A stretch of DNA of 64,000 nt from Macrostomum lignano (Eukaryota): NCBI GenBank assembly GCA_002269645.1, contig NIVC01000598.1, positions 62,001 to 126,000 of the forward strand, read 5' to 3'. The notes below the pieces were generated by a model. That model did no database searches, was not told the origin of the DNA, and saw only the letters and a program-made list of their open reading frames with translations. Made by a program: the position numbers and the translations under genes. Positions 35,900-49,034 of this stretch are shown in pieces; the stretch's first letter is position 1, and each line of letters opens with the position of its first letter.

Positions 35900-36250
35900 T
35901 GCTTCTCTCCCCACCGCTCCCTTCAGGGTCAGGTGGTCCCCGAGGAGCGTCGCTCAGGCAGTGAAAACGCTGAGCACTTTATCTGCCATTGCTCGGTTTT
36001 CACCAGGGCCAGGCTCACTCGCCTCGGGCAAGCGGGTTCTCCCAGAGTTTGCAGGCCTGAGAGCATCCCGCTGCTCGCCCTGAGTCCCCCTGAGCGACAT
36101 CACTTACGAGTAGATGGAAATTGTTAGTTGCTAGGGCCTAGCGGAATGGGAGGTCCCTTCTGCCTCCACGCTGCATCCGCCGGTCGATGCCCCTGCAGCC
36201 AAGTCAAAGTACATGTAAGTCGGGTCTCTGGCTAACAACAATTGATTAAC
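35900..36250 (+). mobile_element. 3'-terminal fragment of a non-LTR retrotransposon (C-terminal Cys/His knuckle; I/R1/LOA-like)
   Basis: ENAEHFICHCSVFTRARLTRLG resembles the ETxxHxxCxCxxxxxxRxxxLG motif at LINE ORF2 C-termini, followed by a UTR and an A/T-rich tail. Confidence 0.5.
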
Positions 36251-37057
36251 ATTAATAAATATATAGTGACGATGACTGAAAATCGAAATTTGCTTTGTAA
36301 ATCAAGATGATTTTATTGATGCCGAAAGGACACTTTAAACTAATTTATATAAAAAAACACTTTAAGCGAGACGCGCAGACTGGCGGGAATCAACAACTGC
36401 ACAGGGAATTGGTTAGTTGATGAAGCGGCAAAGCTTCTGGAGAGATAATTTTTTGAAGAAAAAACTGGACCGGCCGGAATAGCAGCTAGATAAAAGTACA
36501 TTGGTACCGCTTGGAATTAGGTCAGTAATAATAATAATAATGCCTGTAAAAATTGCAAGCTGGATATGGCTCGAGTTAAAACATTAAGCCGACAATTAGC
36601 GAACACTGGAGTTGAGCACACAAATAGGTGTGTGGATAAAGTTGCACTCAAATAATTTCATATACACAATAGCAATAACAGAAAATACGACACCTACTGC
36701 AGCGATCAGCATCAGCTCAGACTAGGGCGGCGGCAAAGCCAAGGAAAATTGGTACAAAACCGGAAAAAAACTTTACCATCATCAAAAGCACTATGAATAA
36801 ATATTGCTGAGTTCGTGCAAAAATAACAGAGAAAAAAGCAATGCTGAACATTTACAGGAAAAATAGAAGCAAAGCTAGCTTAGAAATTGCATTATAAAAT
36901 AACAAAAAAGTAAGCCAAAAAAGAAACGCACGAGATTGAGAAGTTCATGCAATAGCAGACACGCCGCGGTAGAGCATTGCAACACTGTAGTAAGCTATAT
37001 GAAATGTACAAATAATACAAGCGAGGCATACACATCAACAGCTCTTTATTGAGAATG

Positions 37058-39473
37058 TCAGCACTGAGAACCGCTGTGCGACTGCAGCGTGCCCGCGGCT
37101 GACGAGCCCCCGGATGAGCAGCCGTTTGACAGCCGGAGAATGTGCATCTCCTTGGTCTCCAGGTCCACAGACAGCTGCTGAGCCTCCGCCTCGAGACGTT
37201 GGGATCGTTTAGTCAGCTGCAGATAATTCATCTGCAGCTGCTTCTGATAGTTCAACACCTGAGACTTCTCCTCCAGCCATTGGGCGCGCTCTTGGTCGAA
37301 CTCGGACTTCTGCGGAATGGGGGCGGGCGGGGAGACTGCAGTCAGCATCAGTGCACACTGGGGAGGCTGCAGTCAGCATCAGTGCACACTGGGGAGGCTG
37401 CAGTCAGCATCAGTGCACACTGGGGAGGCTGCAGTCAGCATCAGTGCACACTGGGGAGGCTGCAGTCAGCATCAGTGCACACTGGGGAGGCTGCAGTCAG
37501 CATCAGTGCACTGGGGAGGCTGCAGTCAGCATCAGTGCATTGGGGAGGCTGCAGTCAGCAAGATAAGCATGACCCAGAGACCCTTACCTGCTCCTCCAGC
37601 TGAGTCCGCAAAGCCGCCAACTCATCCAGCAGCTGCTGTCGCTGTTCTACACCACCGTTGCCGACTGCGCTGTCTTTGGCAGCACCAGAAGTCGCCGTCG
37701 CATCGGTCTGGCATGACCGATCGGCAGTCGATACCGCGCCTCTGTCAGCGTCGTCGTCGGCCGCACCGTTGTCGTCGTTGGCCCGCCGGCTGCGCAGCCG
37801 GCGCAGCTCCCAGGTGGCGGCGTCCAGCGACTCCCGCGACGCGGCCAAGCTGGCCTCGAGCTGCTGCACTCGGCCGGACCGGTCGCGCAGCTCCGCCTCC
37901 GCAGTCCGCAGCTGCGACTTCAACGACTGCAACTCGTCCAGGTGCTGCTGGGCCTGCAGCCGGAGATCGTTGATGGCCTGTTCGGATTGGCGAAGCCGCC
38001 GGTTGCCAAGGGAGACGGCCGGAGTGAGGCGCGCGTTCAGCGCCATCTCGTTGCGCAGCTGTGGCGGGGCGAAGGCGAAAGGGAAATGAAACGAAAATGT
38101 CTCACCAGCAATATGGGAAATGTTTTTTAGACTTCAAACAAAGCTACCCAGAAATCCCAGGTAGATACAGTGGACTCACTCGACTCTCCAGCTCGCCCTG
38201 CCGCTCCTCGAATACTCGCACTAGGGCGGACTCATTCTGCTCCATAGTCCGCCTCAGCTCGGCCAGCTCGTTATCCTTTTCCCGCAGCAGATTCTCATAG
38301 TCAGCCAGCAGCAGGCCGCTGTCGCTTGGCGAGGTGGCCGCGCACGCCGAGCTCCGATCGTCGCCGTCGCCATCGACGTCGAAGTCGAAGTCTACGACGG
38401 CTGCCGATCGTGACAAGGACGGCTCCTGACTGCGACGACCGCAGCCGCCGACGTCGACGAAGCCGCTGTCGCCGCTAGGTGGAGTCACCGGGTGCTGCCG
38501 CTGCTGCTGCTGGAAGGCGCCGCCGCTGCTGCCGCCGTTGCCGATGCGGACGGGCCGGAAGGCGCTGGGCCGCAGGATGAGGCTGCCAAGGTTGGCCGAT
38601 TGGGAATGCGGCATGGCGCAGGCGCCAGACGGCTGAGGGCCAGATGAAGTGTGCAAGGACTTTTAAATTAAATAGCATCTGGAATCGGAGGACTGTTTTG
38701 CAGCTGGGACGATTGTAATTACATTGGCAGGTATTACTAAATTAGTAAAAAAGTTTTCTAAAGTGTATTTTAATACAGTAGTCCATAAACGAAAAGCTCT
38801 AAGTAAGGCTTGAACGGCCAATTAATTAATTAGCCAATACCTGGGAGACTGGCGGCACTCCGCTCGGCAAAAGCCTGGGCGGCGGGTCCGCTTGCACAGA
38901 CCGGAACATCAAGCCGCCGCCGGCCGCCCCGCTCGAGCCGCTGTTGCCAGACGACATTAGAAGCTGTGGAGACGCTTCGCTGAGACTCTCCTGACTGCGC
39001 CAGCGACCGCTGCTGCTGCCGCGACTGCCAGAGCGAGCCTGCTGGCTGCCGCCGCCATTGCCGGCACGCGGGTCGGCATAGACGGGAGTGCGCTGCCCGG
39101 CCCGCCTGCCGGGCGACTGAGCCGACAGGCCTGCCGCATCTCTGTGCTGCAACTGCTGCTGAATGACCTGATGCTGCCGCTGCTGCTGCACGGCTGGGGG
39201 CACTGGCGCAGCGTTTGTCCGCTGCCTGTCCATAGTTGGATACTGCTGGTGCTGATACTGCGGCTGTGGCTGCCTCTGCAGACTGGCCGACCTCTGTCTG
39301 GCACCAAATATTTTGGCCAGCTCGGCTACAGACACCTGGGAGACCGGACTCGCGCCAGGTGCGGAGCGTTGCAAAGATTGTTGAGTCGCCTGCTGCTGCT
39401 TGGGAGCCGGCTGGTACTGATGATACTGATGGGCGCCGTTGGGATTTGGTGCAGCAGTCATTCTGGCCCGCAT
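37058..39473 (-). CDS. LZTS/ProSAPiP (Fez1-domain) leucine-zipper protein; exons 39473-38841, 38659-38180, 38058-37588, 37309-37058
   Basis: All introns GT-AG, phase 0. LREKDNELAELRRTMEQNESALVRVFEER and EFDQERAQWLEEKSQVLNYQKQLQMNYLQL match LZTS-family motifs. Start may be 39473 or 39461. Confidence 0.85.
37335..37560. repeat. 31-bp intronic minisatellite (agtgcacactggggaggctgcagtcagcatc)
   Basis: Tandem units in the last LZTS intron. Confidence 0.93.
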
Positions 39474-40530
39474 TTTGCAATAATATTTTATGCACAAGAA
39501 TTGCTTTACTTTACAAGCCTCTCTACTGGCAGAGCAAGTACGAGTCCCTGCTGATGAATTGATAGGTGCTCATTGGTGCCAAGCTGAAGGCTACAAACAA
39601 AACAGATGGGTAGGTTGGCAACAATTTTAATGAACATGAATGAAAAATGGGTTTGGTATCAGTAACTTTGTAGCTGTTTCAAGTCATTATTTTAGCAACC
39701 TAATGAGCACTCATTTGATAAAAATAAAAATCAGTTCAAAATCCTTTATACACTTAAAAGTCCTTATCATATCATATAAGAAATATTATAGCATCAAAGC
39801 TATAGTTCCTCTAAGGTGAGACTCTAGTCATGTAGACTATACAGATAACCATTAATGGATAAGCCATAAAAACCTCTTAAATACAACATATATACCTTAA
39901 ATATAATTTGCTACTAGGCTATCATAAGAAAACTCTTAATACTATTAGAATTTTAAATATAATTTTACTTTGGTAGTAGCCATTTTGATAACAATAATGT
40001 TGGTGACTAGTCATTTACATTTATATAAAACATACATGCGCAACTGCTGGCCAACCTAGCTGATCTAGCCACTGTAAATTGTGGTGGACCAGGGGTAAGT
40101 CACAAAAATGCCCATCCCAAAGAATATAGACATAGTACTAATTAGATTATGAGGCATTTAGCCCTTATAAGACAGTCATAGTTACTCCTGCTGTTTACCC
40201 AAAGTTGCGTTAATTTTGCTTTAGGACTTTTTTACATGTAAGTCACATTTTTGGCCAAAAACTATATCGCATTTTTGTTAAAACTAAGTTGCACGGCCAA
40301 CCGAATTTTGGAGGTGGCACACATATGATATAAAACTTATTGCTATAAAATATTCATATTTACCTAAGGCCTATGTAATGAAAATCAATGATGCATAGAA
40401 TATTTAGGGGGCTAATTTGAAAAAATTCATATATTCAGGTTGTAGACTGAATATTAAATAGAAAGATCTACGAGACTTATTATATTGTAATTAAGGTAAC
40501 TTTATTGTTATAGCAACCATATAAGGATGT

Positions 40531-41167
40531 GGTCATTTTTTCTGCTGTCAGTTAGTTTGCCAGTAGATAAAATGACTATTTAGTGATAGATATATTAATT
40601 GATTTTTTAGGATAATTAAACAACATTACATACTATATAATTATTTAATTAACTTGTGCATAATTTAGTTGACAATATTAAAAGCAAAGGGAAACAATTT
40701 ATTATAGTTTGTTTACATGCTGTACTAGTAACATAATTTGATTAAGGCAATTCAAGCTGTGTAATTTAGCTTTGACATCATTTTCAACTGCAGATTTTTT
40801 AATTTTAACTGTGATTTTGTATTGTATTTCATATTTTTTTTTATTGCAATCTTTCCATCTCCTATTTTTTTACTTTTATTCTTTATAAGAAACACACAGA
40901 GAAACTATATGAATTTCAAATTTTGTGCAAAATTTCTACCAAAATGTAGGCCTATATTCAAAAGTCCAACTGCTGACCATCCACATTTATCTTAACAAAA
41001 GTAGCACTAAATGGTAAAAAAATATATGCTTATTTCCAGCAAATACTGCTTTCTGCACCAGCACCACTACATTTACATGCTTCACTGCTTCATTGCTGGG
41101 TAGTAGACAAACCATCTACCCTAGCACGGACCTCCAATAGACGAACTGACAGCAGACGAAATGACCC
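40531..41167. mobile_element. Putative MITE-like segment bounded by ~23-28-bp inverted repeats
   Basis: ggtcattttttctgctgtcagtt (40531) versus aactgacagcagacgaaatgacc (~41144-41166); AT-rich interior; no TSD identified. Confidence 0.45.
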
Positions 41168-41479
41168 ATATTCACTAAAAAATAGTGAAATAGGTATTTT
41201 TATAGTCAACAGATAAATAAAACACATATACTCATACCGTACGTAGTTAGATGCATTAATTATTCGAGAGGATATTTCCTAAATAACGACTAAATTAAAA
41301 AGTTTAACTTGGTATAACAAAAAGAAATAAATTTTGCCAACTTCTAAATGTAAAAATATGAAAATGCGGTTTAATTTTTAATTTTTACAATTTTTATAAT
41401 TTAAATTTTAAAACTATCAAAAAGTGTACAACTTTATACTAATAGTTCAATCTATTGTTGCTCTTATTCGCTCTTTCAT

Positions 41480-41900
41480 TGAGCGAAGGACACGAGCAGG
41501 ACACGACCACTTCGGTGATGACGCCAGATGGACTGTCGGACCAGTTTGGCCACGTCGTAAGGCGTGCTGTGCTGCAGCGTGACAATCTGGCGCCTTCCTG
41601 TTTGTGCTGGCACAACTATATATTGGGTGCTGGAGGACAGGCCTGCCCAAACCGGACGACGAGGGCGGCCCGAGCTCGGGAGAACCTCGGGGTGCCGCGC
41701 CGTTTACCGATTAAAAGTTTTAATCAATTAAGCAGAATTTACCTCGTCCGGACCCAGCGCTTTCCCGCCCGGTGACTGTTGGGCGAGTCTCACAACGTCG
41801 GCTGTGATGACTGGTGCTAGGCTGAAGCTCTCCTCTGCGACAACGGCAGAGGACCAACGCGACCTGCGCAGCATGCAGCTGTCTTCAACGCCTCGACGGC
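41480..41900. mobile_element. Degenerate fragments of a second RTE-type LINE (RT piece on +, pre-RT piece on -)
   Basis: + DTTTSVMTPDGLSDQF..VLQRDNLAP matches DTRAAVVTADGLSDLF..VLQGDTLAP of the element at 43-44 kb; - EESFSLAPVITADVV..GGKALGPDEV matches EEDFCTRPVTTEDVV..GGKALGPDEV. Confidence 0.75.
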
Positions 41901-42179
41901 TATAATTAAGCAATGCTTTAAAGCGGCCAATAGAGATTCAGTCGAACAGCCGACAGTTCCAAAAAAGAATCCCAGCTTGGATACCGGTACGAGCTACCAA
42001 TTAGGAAAGCTCATCAGGCGAAATGTATTTTAGAACCATGTACCCCATGCAGTCTGCGATGATCGATATACTCCCGATCTTTCATCCCCGATTAATTGTA
42101 ATTCCTTGCTCGCCGTGCCCTACTACCATTTGTTGTCTACTTGTCGTCTGTCAACCCTATAGTTTTCTAAGCTCCCATA

Positions 42180-45100
42180 TGTTCAGCGTACGTGACTGCA
42201 ACCTGCGAGGGCGACTCCGTGGCGCGGCCAGGCGCCTGTTGTCCCCAGTCCCTGCTATTTCAACTATGGATCCGCCGGGTGGCGCCGGGGACCATGAGGC
42301 CAACCTTCATCTGGCCCCAGCTGCACCAGGTGGCCGCCTCAGGCTCGGCACGATGAACTGCCGAACTCTGAAGGCCCCTGGCGTCGCACCATCCTTGTCC
42401 AGCTGGCCCACGATCTACAGCTGGACCTCATCTCACTGCAGGAGGTTTCTATCGTGGCTGAGCCGGGGCTCCCTCCTGTACACGTCGGCAGACAACCGCG
42501 GCCGGGGCGGTGTCGGCGTGCTGATCGGACCGCGCCTCCAGCAGAGCGTGCACTGCATCTCGCTGTCCCGCGACTGATGCGGGTCGACCTGCGACTGCGC
42601 GCCCGCTGCATCCGGCTGTTCTGCGCGTAATGCACCCACCGCTGCTCACCCCGAGGAGGCTCGTGCCTTCTTCGACTTCCTGGCTGGGCAGCTGGAAGAG
42701 GTGCCAAACCGCGACACGCTGGCAGTGCTCGGAGACCTGAACGCAGTCCCGCGGAGGTCCGAGCGCTTGCCCTTTGTCGGGGGACGCGAGAACGCCAACA
42801 CCGACGCACTGGAGGACCTGCTTGACCGGCTGGACCTGGTGTCCGCGAACACCCAGTTCCGCAAGCCCCCTGCTCGCCTGGTCACCTTTGCGGGCTGCAA
42901 GAGAAGGCGGCGGAACGCACGCGGGCGGAAGCCACGAGGAGACTGGCGCAACTCGATCATGCGCTGGTTCGCACTCGCGAGCGCCGCCGCGTCACCAACT
43001 GCGACACCATGGCTCCGCTGGCTCTCCGGTCAGACCACCGACTCCTGATCTGCGACTTGCGGCTCCGCAACCAGCTCTACCGACCGCCAAAGCAGCGGCC
43101 ACGGCGCTACTATCGCGCACTGTTGGACACCCGCGTGAAGCGTCAATTCGCGGGTGCCTTCGTCGGCGCGCTTGGAGACCAGCGCGAGGCGGAGTATTCC
43201 GACATCAGCACCGCCGTTAGAGCCGCTGCAGAGCAGACGGTCCCGCTGATGCGGCCAGCGCAGAAATCTCTGCCTGTCTGGCAGAGCGACCCCATCATCA
43301 GGCAGGCGCGACTCAACATCGAGCGACTCCGCAGAAACCGGAGGCCCACAGGCGACGCTGAAGACGCGTTTGAGCGCCTTCTTGACGAGCGGCAGCAGGC
43401 CGCTGTCGACGACGCCGTCAGGTCCATCACTGCAGCCGGCCCCGACGTGAAGAGCCGCGCAGTGTGGACGGCCGTCCGGACTCTGACGGGGCGTAAAAAG
43501 CGCGTGGCGCTGAACCTGGCCGGCAACACCCCGGAGGAGCGCAGGAATGAATTGCGCGACTTCTTCGCCGGCATCGTAAACGTGCCCGCGTCGCCGCTGC
43601 CCGCCAGCTTTGCGCTCCCACTGGACACGCCGCTCCCAGCTGAGGAGGACTTCTGCACCAGACCAGTCACCACGGAGGACGTTGTGCTGTACGCTCGGAA
43701 AACATCAGGCGGCAAGGCGCTCGGCCCCGACGAAGTCCCAGTCGAAGCGCTGCGGCTCCGCTGTGTGGCCTCCCAGGTCACAGGCGTCATGAACCGCGTG
43801 CTCGCCGGCGCTCCTGCGCCTACCGAGTGGACCGTCGCGCACATCGTGCCGATCCCGAAGAAGGCAGGGACAACACGGAAAGAAGACCACCGCGGGGTCT
43901 CGCTGATTTCCTGCACCGCGAAGCTCTTCAACCGGCTGCTGCTCGATCGTCTGCAGTTGGTGCTGGACCCGTACCTACGGTACGAGCAGAACGGATTCCG
44001 GCCGCAACGCGGTACAGTGACACAGATCCTCGCACTCCGCCGTGTCATCGAGGAGGCGCGCATCCGCCAGTCTACGCTGATCATTGTCTTCGTTGACTTT
44101 CGAAAGGCGTTTGACTCGGTGTTGAGAGCCGCGCTTCCCTTTGTCCTTCGCGCCTACCGGGTACCCCAGCAGCTAATCGACGCTGTCATGGCGCTGTATT
44201 GCGATACTCGAGCTGCTGTGGTGACGGCGGACGGCCTGTCTGACCTGTTCGATACTTCATCAGGAGTTCTGCAGGGCGACACGCTAGCGCCGTTCCTCTT
44301 CGTGCTGCTGCTGGACTGGGTGCTTCGGACCGCACTCCCCTCGGCTAATGACGGGCTTCCTGCTGCGCAGACGCATCGGTCGCCGCCACGGCGAAAAGCG
44401 CCTGAGCGTACTTGGCTACGCTGACGACCTCGCCTTCCTGTCCTCGTCCGTTGAAGGCGCCCAGCGCCAGATCGACAGGCTGGTCGAGGTGGCATCGAGC
44501 GTCGGTCTGATCGTCAACACGCTGAAGACCGAGGTGCTGACTGTGCCGGCCGACATCCCAGCGGACCTGACGTGCCGCGGCGCAGACGGGCAGACGACCA
44601 GGCTCGCACGCTGCCAGCGGTTCACCTACCTCGGCGGTCTGGTGCCCCACGTGGAAGAAGACCTCCGGCGGCGCAGAGGACTTGCCTGGGCGGCCTTTCG
44701 TTCGATCCGAGCCATCCTCCAGTCCGAAGCGCTGCCCGACCGCCAGAGGGCTCGGGTGTGGCAGGCGGTGGTCGAAACCGTCCTGCTATACAACGTCGAG
44801 ACGTGGACGCTGACGGCTACGCTGGAGCGGCAGCTGGACTCGGCGAACTCAGGGCTGCTCCGTGCGGCCTTTCGAGCTGACGAGAGCGTCGGGACCGAGG
44901 TCCTGTACGATCGGGCCAAGCTGCAGCGCCCGTCCACCATCCTGCACCGGCGGCGACTTCAACTGGCGGGCCATGTGATCCGGGCCGAGGGCTACTGCCC
45001 CCAACCCGTTCCGGACGTCCTGCTGCTCACCTTGCAGGGTCCGTTCAGGCGTGGTCAGGCCCGAACCCGTCGATACGTGGACTGCCTGCTGTGCGACGCT

Positions 45101-45235
45101 GGGGCGCCGACACTGCCAACGGAGCGGACTTTGTTCGCTCCCAGGCCCTGCGGCGCGCCATCTGACGCGCCCTGCTCTAACTGTGACTGTGCATGCGGGG
45201 TCGCGTATTTTGTTGCTGTTGTTGTTGTTGTTGTA
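42180..45235 (+). mobile_element. RTE-type non-LTR retrotransposon (APE endonuclease + RT), frameshifted, (GTT)n tail
   Basis: EN motifs LGTMNCRTL, GVGVLI, LGDLNA, SDHRLL; RT motifs QNGFRP, FVDFRKAFDSV, GVLQGDTLAP, YADDL, FTYLGG; several frameshifts; (TTG)n at ~45210-45232. Confidence 0.92.
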
Positions 45236-45600
45236 CAACGCCGAGACCTGCTGGACCCTGACGGACACCTTGTTGGAGAGGCAACTGGAGGCTGAGCATG
45301 TGGCCATGCTGCGTGCGGCGTTCGGAGTGAGCAGCAGTCCAGGCAGCAATTAAGACCAATATGCCACGCTCTACACAAGGGCGCGCCTGATGCGGCACGC
45401 CAGTCGAAGTCGTCGCAGGTCAGAATTGGTCGGTGGCCCGCTGCCCTGAGACGCTGCACGAAGTGCTGCGCTCAAACTGCAGGGACCGCGCAGCGAGGCC
45501 AAGGGCGAACGGCGAGATACCCTGACAGGCTTTTGCTGACGCTGATGCCCCCGGACCAAGCTGGCCGGATATGGGGTGTGACCCATATTATTAAGCAATA
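45230..45600 (+). mobile_element. 3' fragment of a related RTE-type element
   Basis: LLYNAETCWTLTDTLLERQLEAEHVAMLRAAFG parallels LLYNVETWTLTATLERQLDSANSGLLRAAFR. Confidence 0.75.
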
Positions 45601-46155
45601 ATAAGTTGTTATTATTGAGGAAACATTAAAACGCACTATCAAGTGGATCATTACTGCTTATCTGTCATCATGCAGTCACCAATGACTAGATGTAGAGTAT
45701 AGTGATGGCTAGTGATGGAATTCGTAGTGATGGCTTCGACTGTTAAGCAAAAGTGCCATCAAATGTATTTGACTTTGTGCCGATGCTGACCCAAAACTCT
45801 TTCTGTCCCAATTTGTTGAATCTACATAAGCTCTGCTGTGCTTCTCTTTAATTATTCAGTTTTAAAATGATTATGAAAAAAAATTCATAAATTAACTCAT
45901 AATCAATTGATATCATATCGCTAGTAAAATGGACTCTTAAAAGGTACACAATTACAAGTACATGCATGCCAACTATAGTATGTATGCGAGCGGATCCTAG
46001 AAAAGTTAAGCAATTCGAAACTGTGATTAAAGAAGGAAGAAAAAGTCGTCATGAAAATTCGCCCATCGAAACCGTTTAAATTTACTGCACATATGTGCCC
46101 CAATTTAATCACAATTTAACTACATATTGACAAGGAAAGTTTGCTCAAAACGTCA

Positions 46156-47499
46156 TTAATGGTACTCATAATACCCAGAGATTCGAGCCGGAGTCACTCC
46201 CTCAGAATCGCTAATCAACAGGCATTGATGCCCCAGCTTTCGAACGATCCAGCTAATGAGCTCTTTTTTCTGATCATTCTCCGCCGCGTAGTGCACCATT
46301 GTGCGGCTGTTTTGGCCCTCCAGTTTGAAGGCGGTGGCACCCAGGCAGTCCCAAATCAAAGCCATCGACTCCAGGCCTTGATATTGAGCAGCCAAATGTA
46401 AGCACATGCTGCCATCAGCGTCCTTCTGCTTGAGGCACTCGGGCCCCAGCTGAGCAACGATTTGGCGCAGGGCGGCGGTGCTCCGCCTATTCATGGCAGC
46501 GTAATGTACAACAGTTCGCCGCCTTCTATCCGCTTGCATGACGCACGACAGTCCAAGAGACCTTCGCGCGACATCAATCGGCCTTTCTCCCTGATGCTGA
46601 GCAGCCAGATGAAGTGGCGTCTGGTCGAGCGCCGTACCTTTCTCAAGAAGGCAGCTGGAGCCAAGCTCCTTGACGAACCACAGCAACGACGCGTCCCCAT
46701 TAACGTTCATCGCAGCGTAATGCACGGTGGTAAATCCATGACGGCCCCTGACCATGAAGACTAGACAGCCGAGACAGTCCTTGATTAGCTTCAGCGAGTC
46801 TTCGTCCTGCTTGCAAGAGGCCAGGTGCACTGCCGTGTTGCCGTGCTCGTCCGTCACTTTCAAGGCTTCGGATCCGCATTCGTTGATCAGCCATCTCAAG
46901 GCCTCTTTGCTCGTCCTGTTGGTGGCTGCTTGATGAACGGGAGTTCTCTTGAAGCGGCCCTGCTGCTGGAAGCAGAAGGTTCCAAGTTCATTCTTAAACA
47001 GCTGCATGGAGTCTGCGCCCTGCCGCCAAGCTGCCAGATGCAACGGCGTGTTGCCTTCTTCATCCAAGCCTCTGAGGCATCGCTGACCAAGGTTTCTCGC
47101 CAGCCACTTCAGTGCCGAATTGCCGCGCAGGTTTAGTGCGCCGAAATGGGCCGCTGTTCGATTGTGCTTGCCTCCGACTTCGAAGCAGTCGGAGCCGAGG
47201 GTCTTGTGAAGATAGATCATCCACGTATCGTCTTGAAACATGGCTGCCAGGTGCACCGGAGTGTTGCCGTTCTGATTGCGGTCAGACAGGCATTCCGCGC
47301 CAGCTTGGTTCACAATGGTTTTGAGGCACTCGAGCCCATTGGACAGCTCACCGATGGCGACGTGATGGGCGAGCGTCATCTCGTAGCCGCCCGCTGTCAC
47401 GACGAGGTTTCGAGTGAGGCGTCGGCACAGGCGCATGAGTCGCCTGCCGTCTTGCGCGTCCAGCGCCTCTTGCAGCTCCAACTGCTCCGCTGTCAGCAT
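46156..47499 (-). CDS. Intronless ankyrin-repeat-only protein, 447 aa, ~11-12 repeats
   Basis: Repeated GNTPxHLAA and RTxxHYAA motifs spaced 35-36 aa apart; uninterrupted ORF. Confidence 0.85.
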   Translation of the reverse strand: MLTAEQLELQEALDAQDGRRLMRLCRRLTRNLVVTAGGYEMTLAHHVAIGELSNGLECLKTIVNQAGAECLSDRNQNGNTPVHLAAMFQDDTWMIYLHKTLGSDCFEVGGKHNRTAAHFGALNLRGNSALKWLARNLGQRCLRGLDEEGNTPLHLAAWRQGADSMQLFKNELGTFCFQQQGRFKRTPVHQAATNRTSKEALRWLINECGSEALKVTDEHGNTAVHLASCKQDEDSLKLIKDCLGCLVFMVRGRHGFTTVHYAAMNVNGDASLLWFVKELGSSCLLEKGTALDQTPLHLAAQHQGERPIDVARRSLGLSCVMQADRRRRTVVHYAAMNRRSTAALRQIVAQLGPECLKQKDADGSMCLHLAAQYQGLESMALIWDCLGATAFKLEGQNSRTMVHYAAENDQKKELISWIVRKLGHQCLLISDSEGVTPARISGYYEYH

Positions 47500-48148
47500 T
47501 AGTGCTCACTGTCAACTCGTGCGGCATGCATGAAGTTGCACTGCCTCTTCTTCTGCATCAGAATTTATGTGCGCAATTTCATCCAAACTCTCAAGGGGCT
47601 GCTCAGAGTACCTGAGATGTGGGTTGCGAACTCGCACTTCATAAGACAATAACGTGCGCCGATTAGCGAAGTGTGTTGAGCCTTCAATGTGGAATGAGGG
47701 GTTGATGCAGCTTCCCCAGCTCAGTAAGTGAGCCATGACGCTCAAGCAGAATTTTGAAAAAAAATTGTTCGTCTACTACCAAGAGATACTCGGTGGTTGC
47801 ATGGATCAGTTGAGAGCTACTCAGCAATTATATCAGCCTTCGCTAGAGCTAAACTGTGCTCGCCTATAATTTGTGTAGAAGTACAAGGCAGTGAAATGGA
47901 CAGGAGAAATAAACACTGCTCAACACAATTGAATAATCTTTGAGTCCTTAAACCCTTAGGCAGAAAGAAACTCAGAGACATCAGAGAATATTACGATTTC
48001 ACTTGAATGGAATGTGGTGTAAATTTTGTAGGACAGGTGAAAAACTCAAAATACACTCGTAGATTAAAGTATATTTGGTCTTGCCCATAGACATAGACAT
48101 ATACGGAAAAAATCGTTCATTACCTGATACTCCATCAAAAATTTTCAG

Positions 48149-48290
48149 TCACTGATACTCCAGGAGCAATGCTCACTCACTGATACTCCAGGAGCAATGC
48201 TCACTCACTGACACTCCAGGAGCAATGCTCACTCACTGACACTCCAGGAGCAATGCTCACTCACTGACACTCCAGAGGTAATGCTCACTC
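48149..48290. repeat. 28-bp minisatellite (actgatactccaggagcaatgctcactc), ~5 units
   Basis: Read directly. Confidence 0.9.
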
Positions 48291-49034
48291 AAGTTGATAT
48301 TCCAGAAGGAACGCTTACTCCCAGGTACTTCAGGGTGATTTGTAGTACTCTTTTTATAAAACCTGTCTGCTTTAAGGGGCGCTTATCTCTTAGCTCAGCC
48401 TTTTTCAGGAAGAGAGTTCAAAAAGGCCCGCCTCTCAACACTGCACTCATTGAGCCCCAGCGTTGCCGTCATATTCTATCGTACAGCCGAACTAAAGTCA
48501 TCTCAAGTCGGCCGTTGATACTGACAAAGGCAGACTGAAATTAGTGCAAGGAAACTTCTATACGCTCCCAGACAAATATTGCAGTTGCATCTCTAAAAAC
48601 CTCGAATTCAACTGTCTGCCCGGCTCCACCCAGCTCCATTTCATTACTGGCGATACCAGTCCAAAATGAAGTTTACTACTAGCGAGACAATTTTGTTAGC
48701 AAAAAATTGTCAGCAAGGCTAATAATAGACTGACTGAGCCAGGAGGAGAGACCGAAGAATGCGCCTGAGGCCCACGCAGACGCCCTGTCCCATTGTACTC
48801 GGCTGCACCCGTCTAGCGCCAGCATCGCGAGGCCCAATGAGAGCCGGCGCAGGGCTCGGGCCTGCGGGCGAGCAGAACAACAGAAGCAAAAACCTTCGGC
48901 TGCGTACGACTAAACTCCAACAGCTTCATCAGCAGCAGCGTGAGTCAGCGGTTTATGCACAGTAGGTTTAGAGCCCCATCAGAATCGATTCGGGAAGCCA
49001 GGCGACCTCCTTCGGAATCTGAAAGTCTTCCGCC

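Noticed and set aside
42200-42300. Possible HDV-like ribozyme at the RTE 5' end (gtcccc...ggggac pairing)
   Set aside because: P1 and P1.1 pairings could not be assembled convincingly
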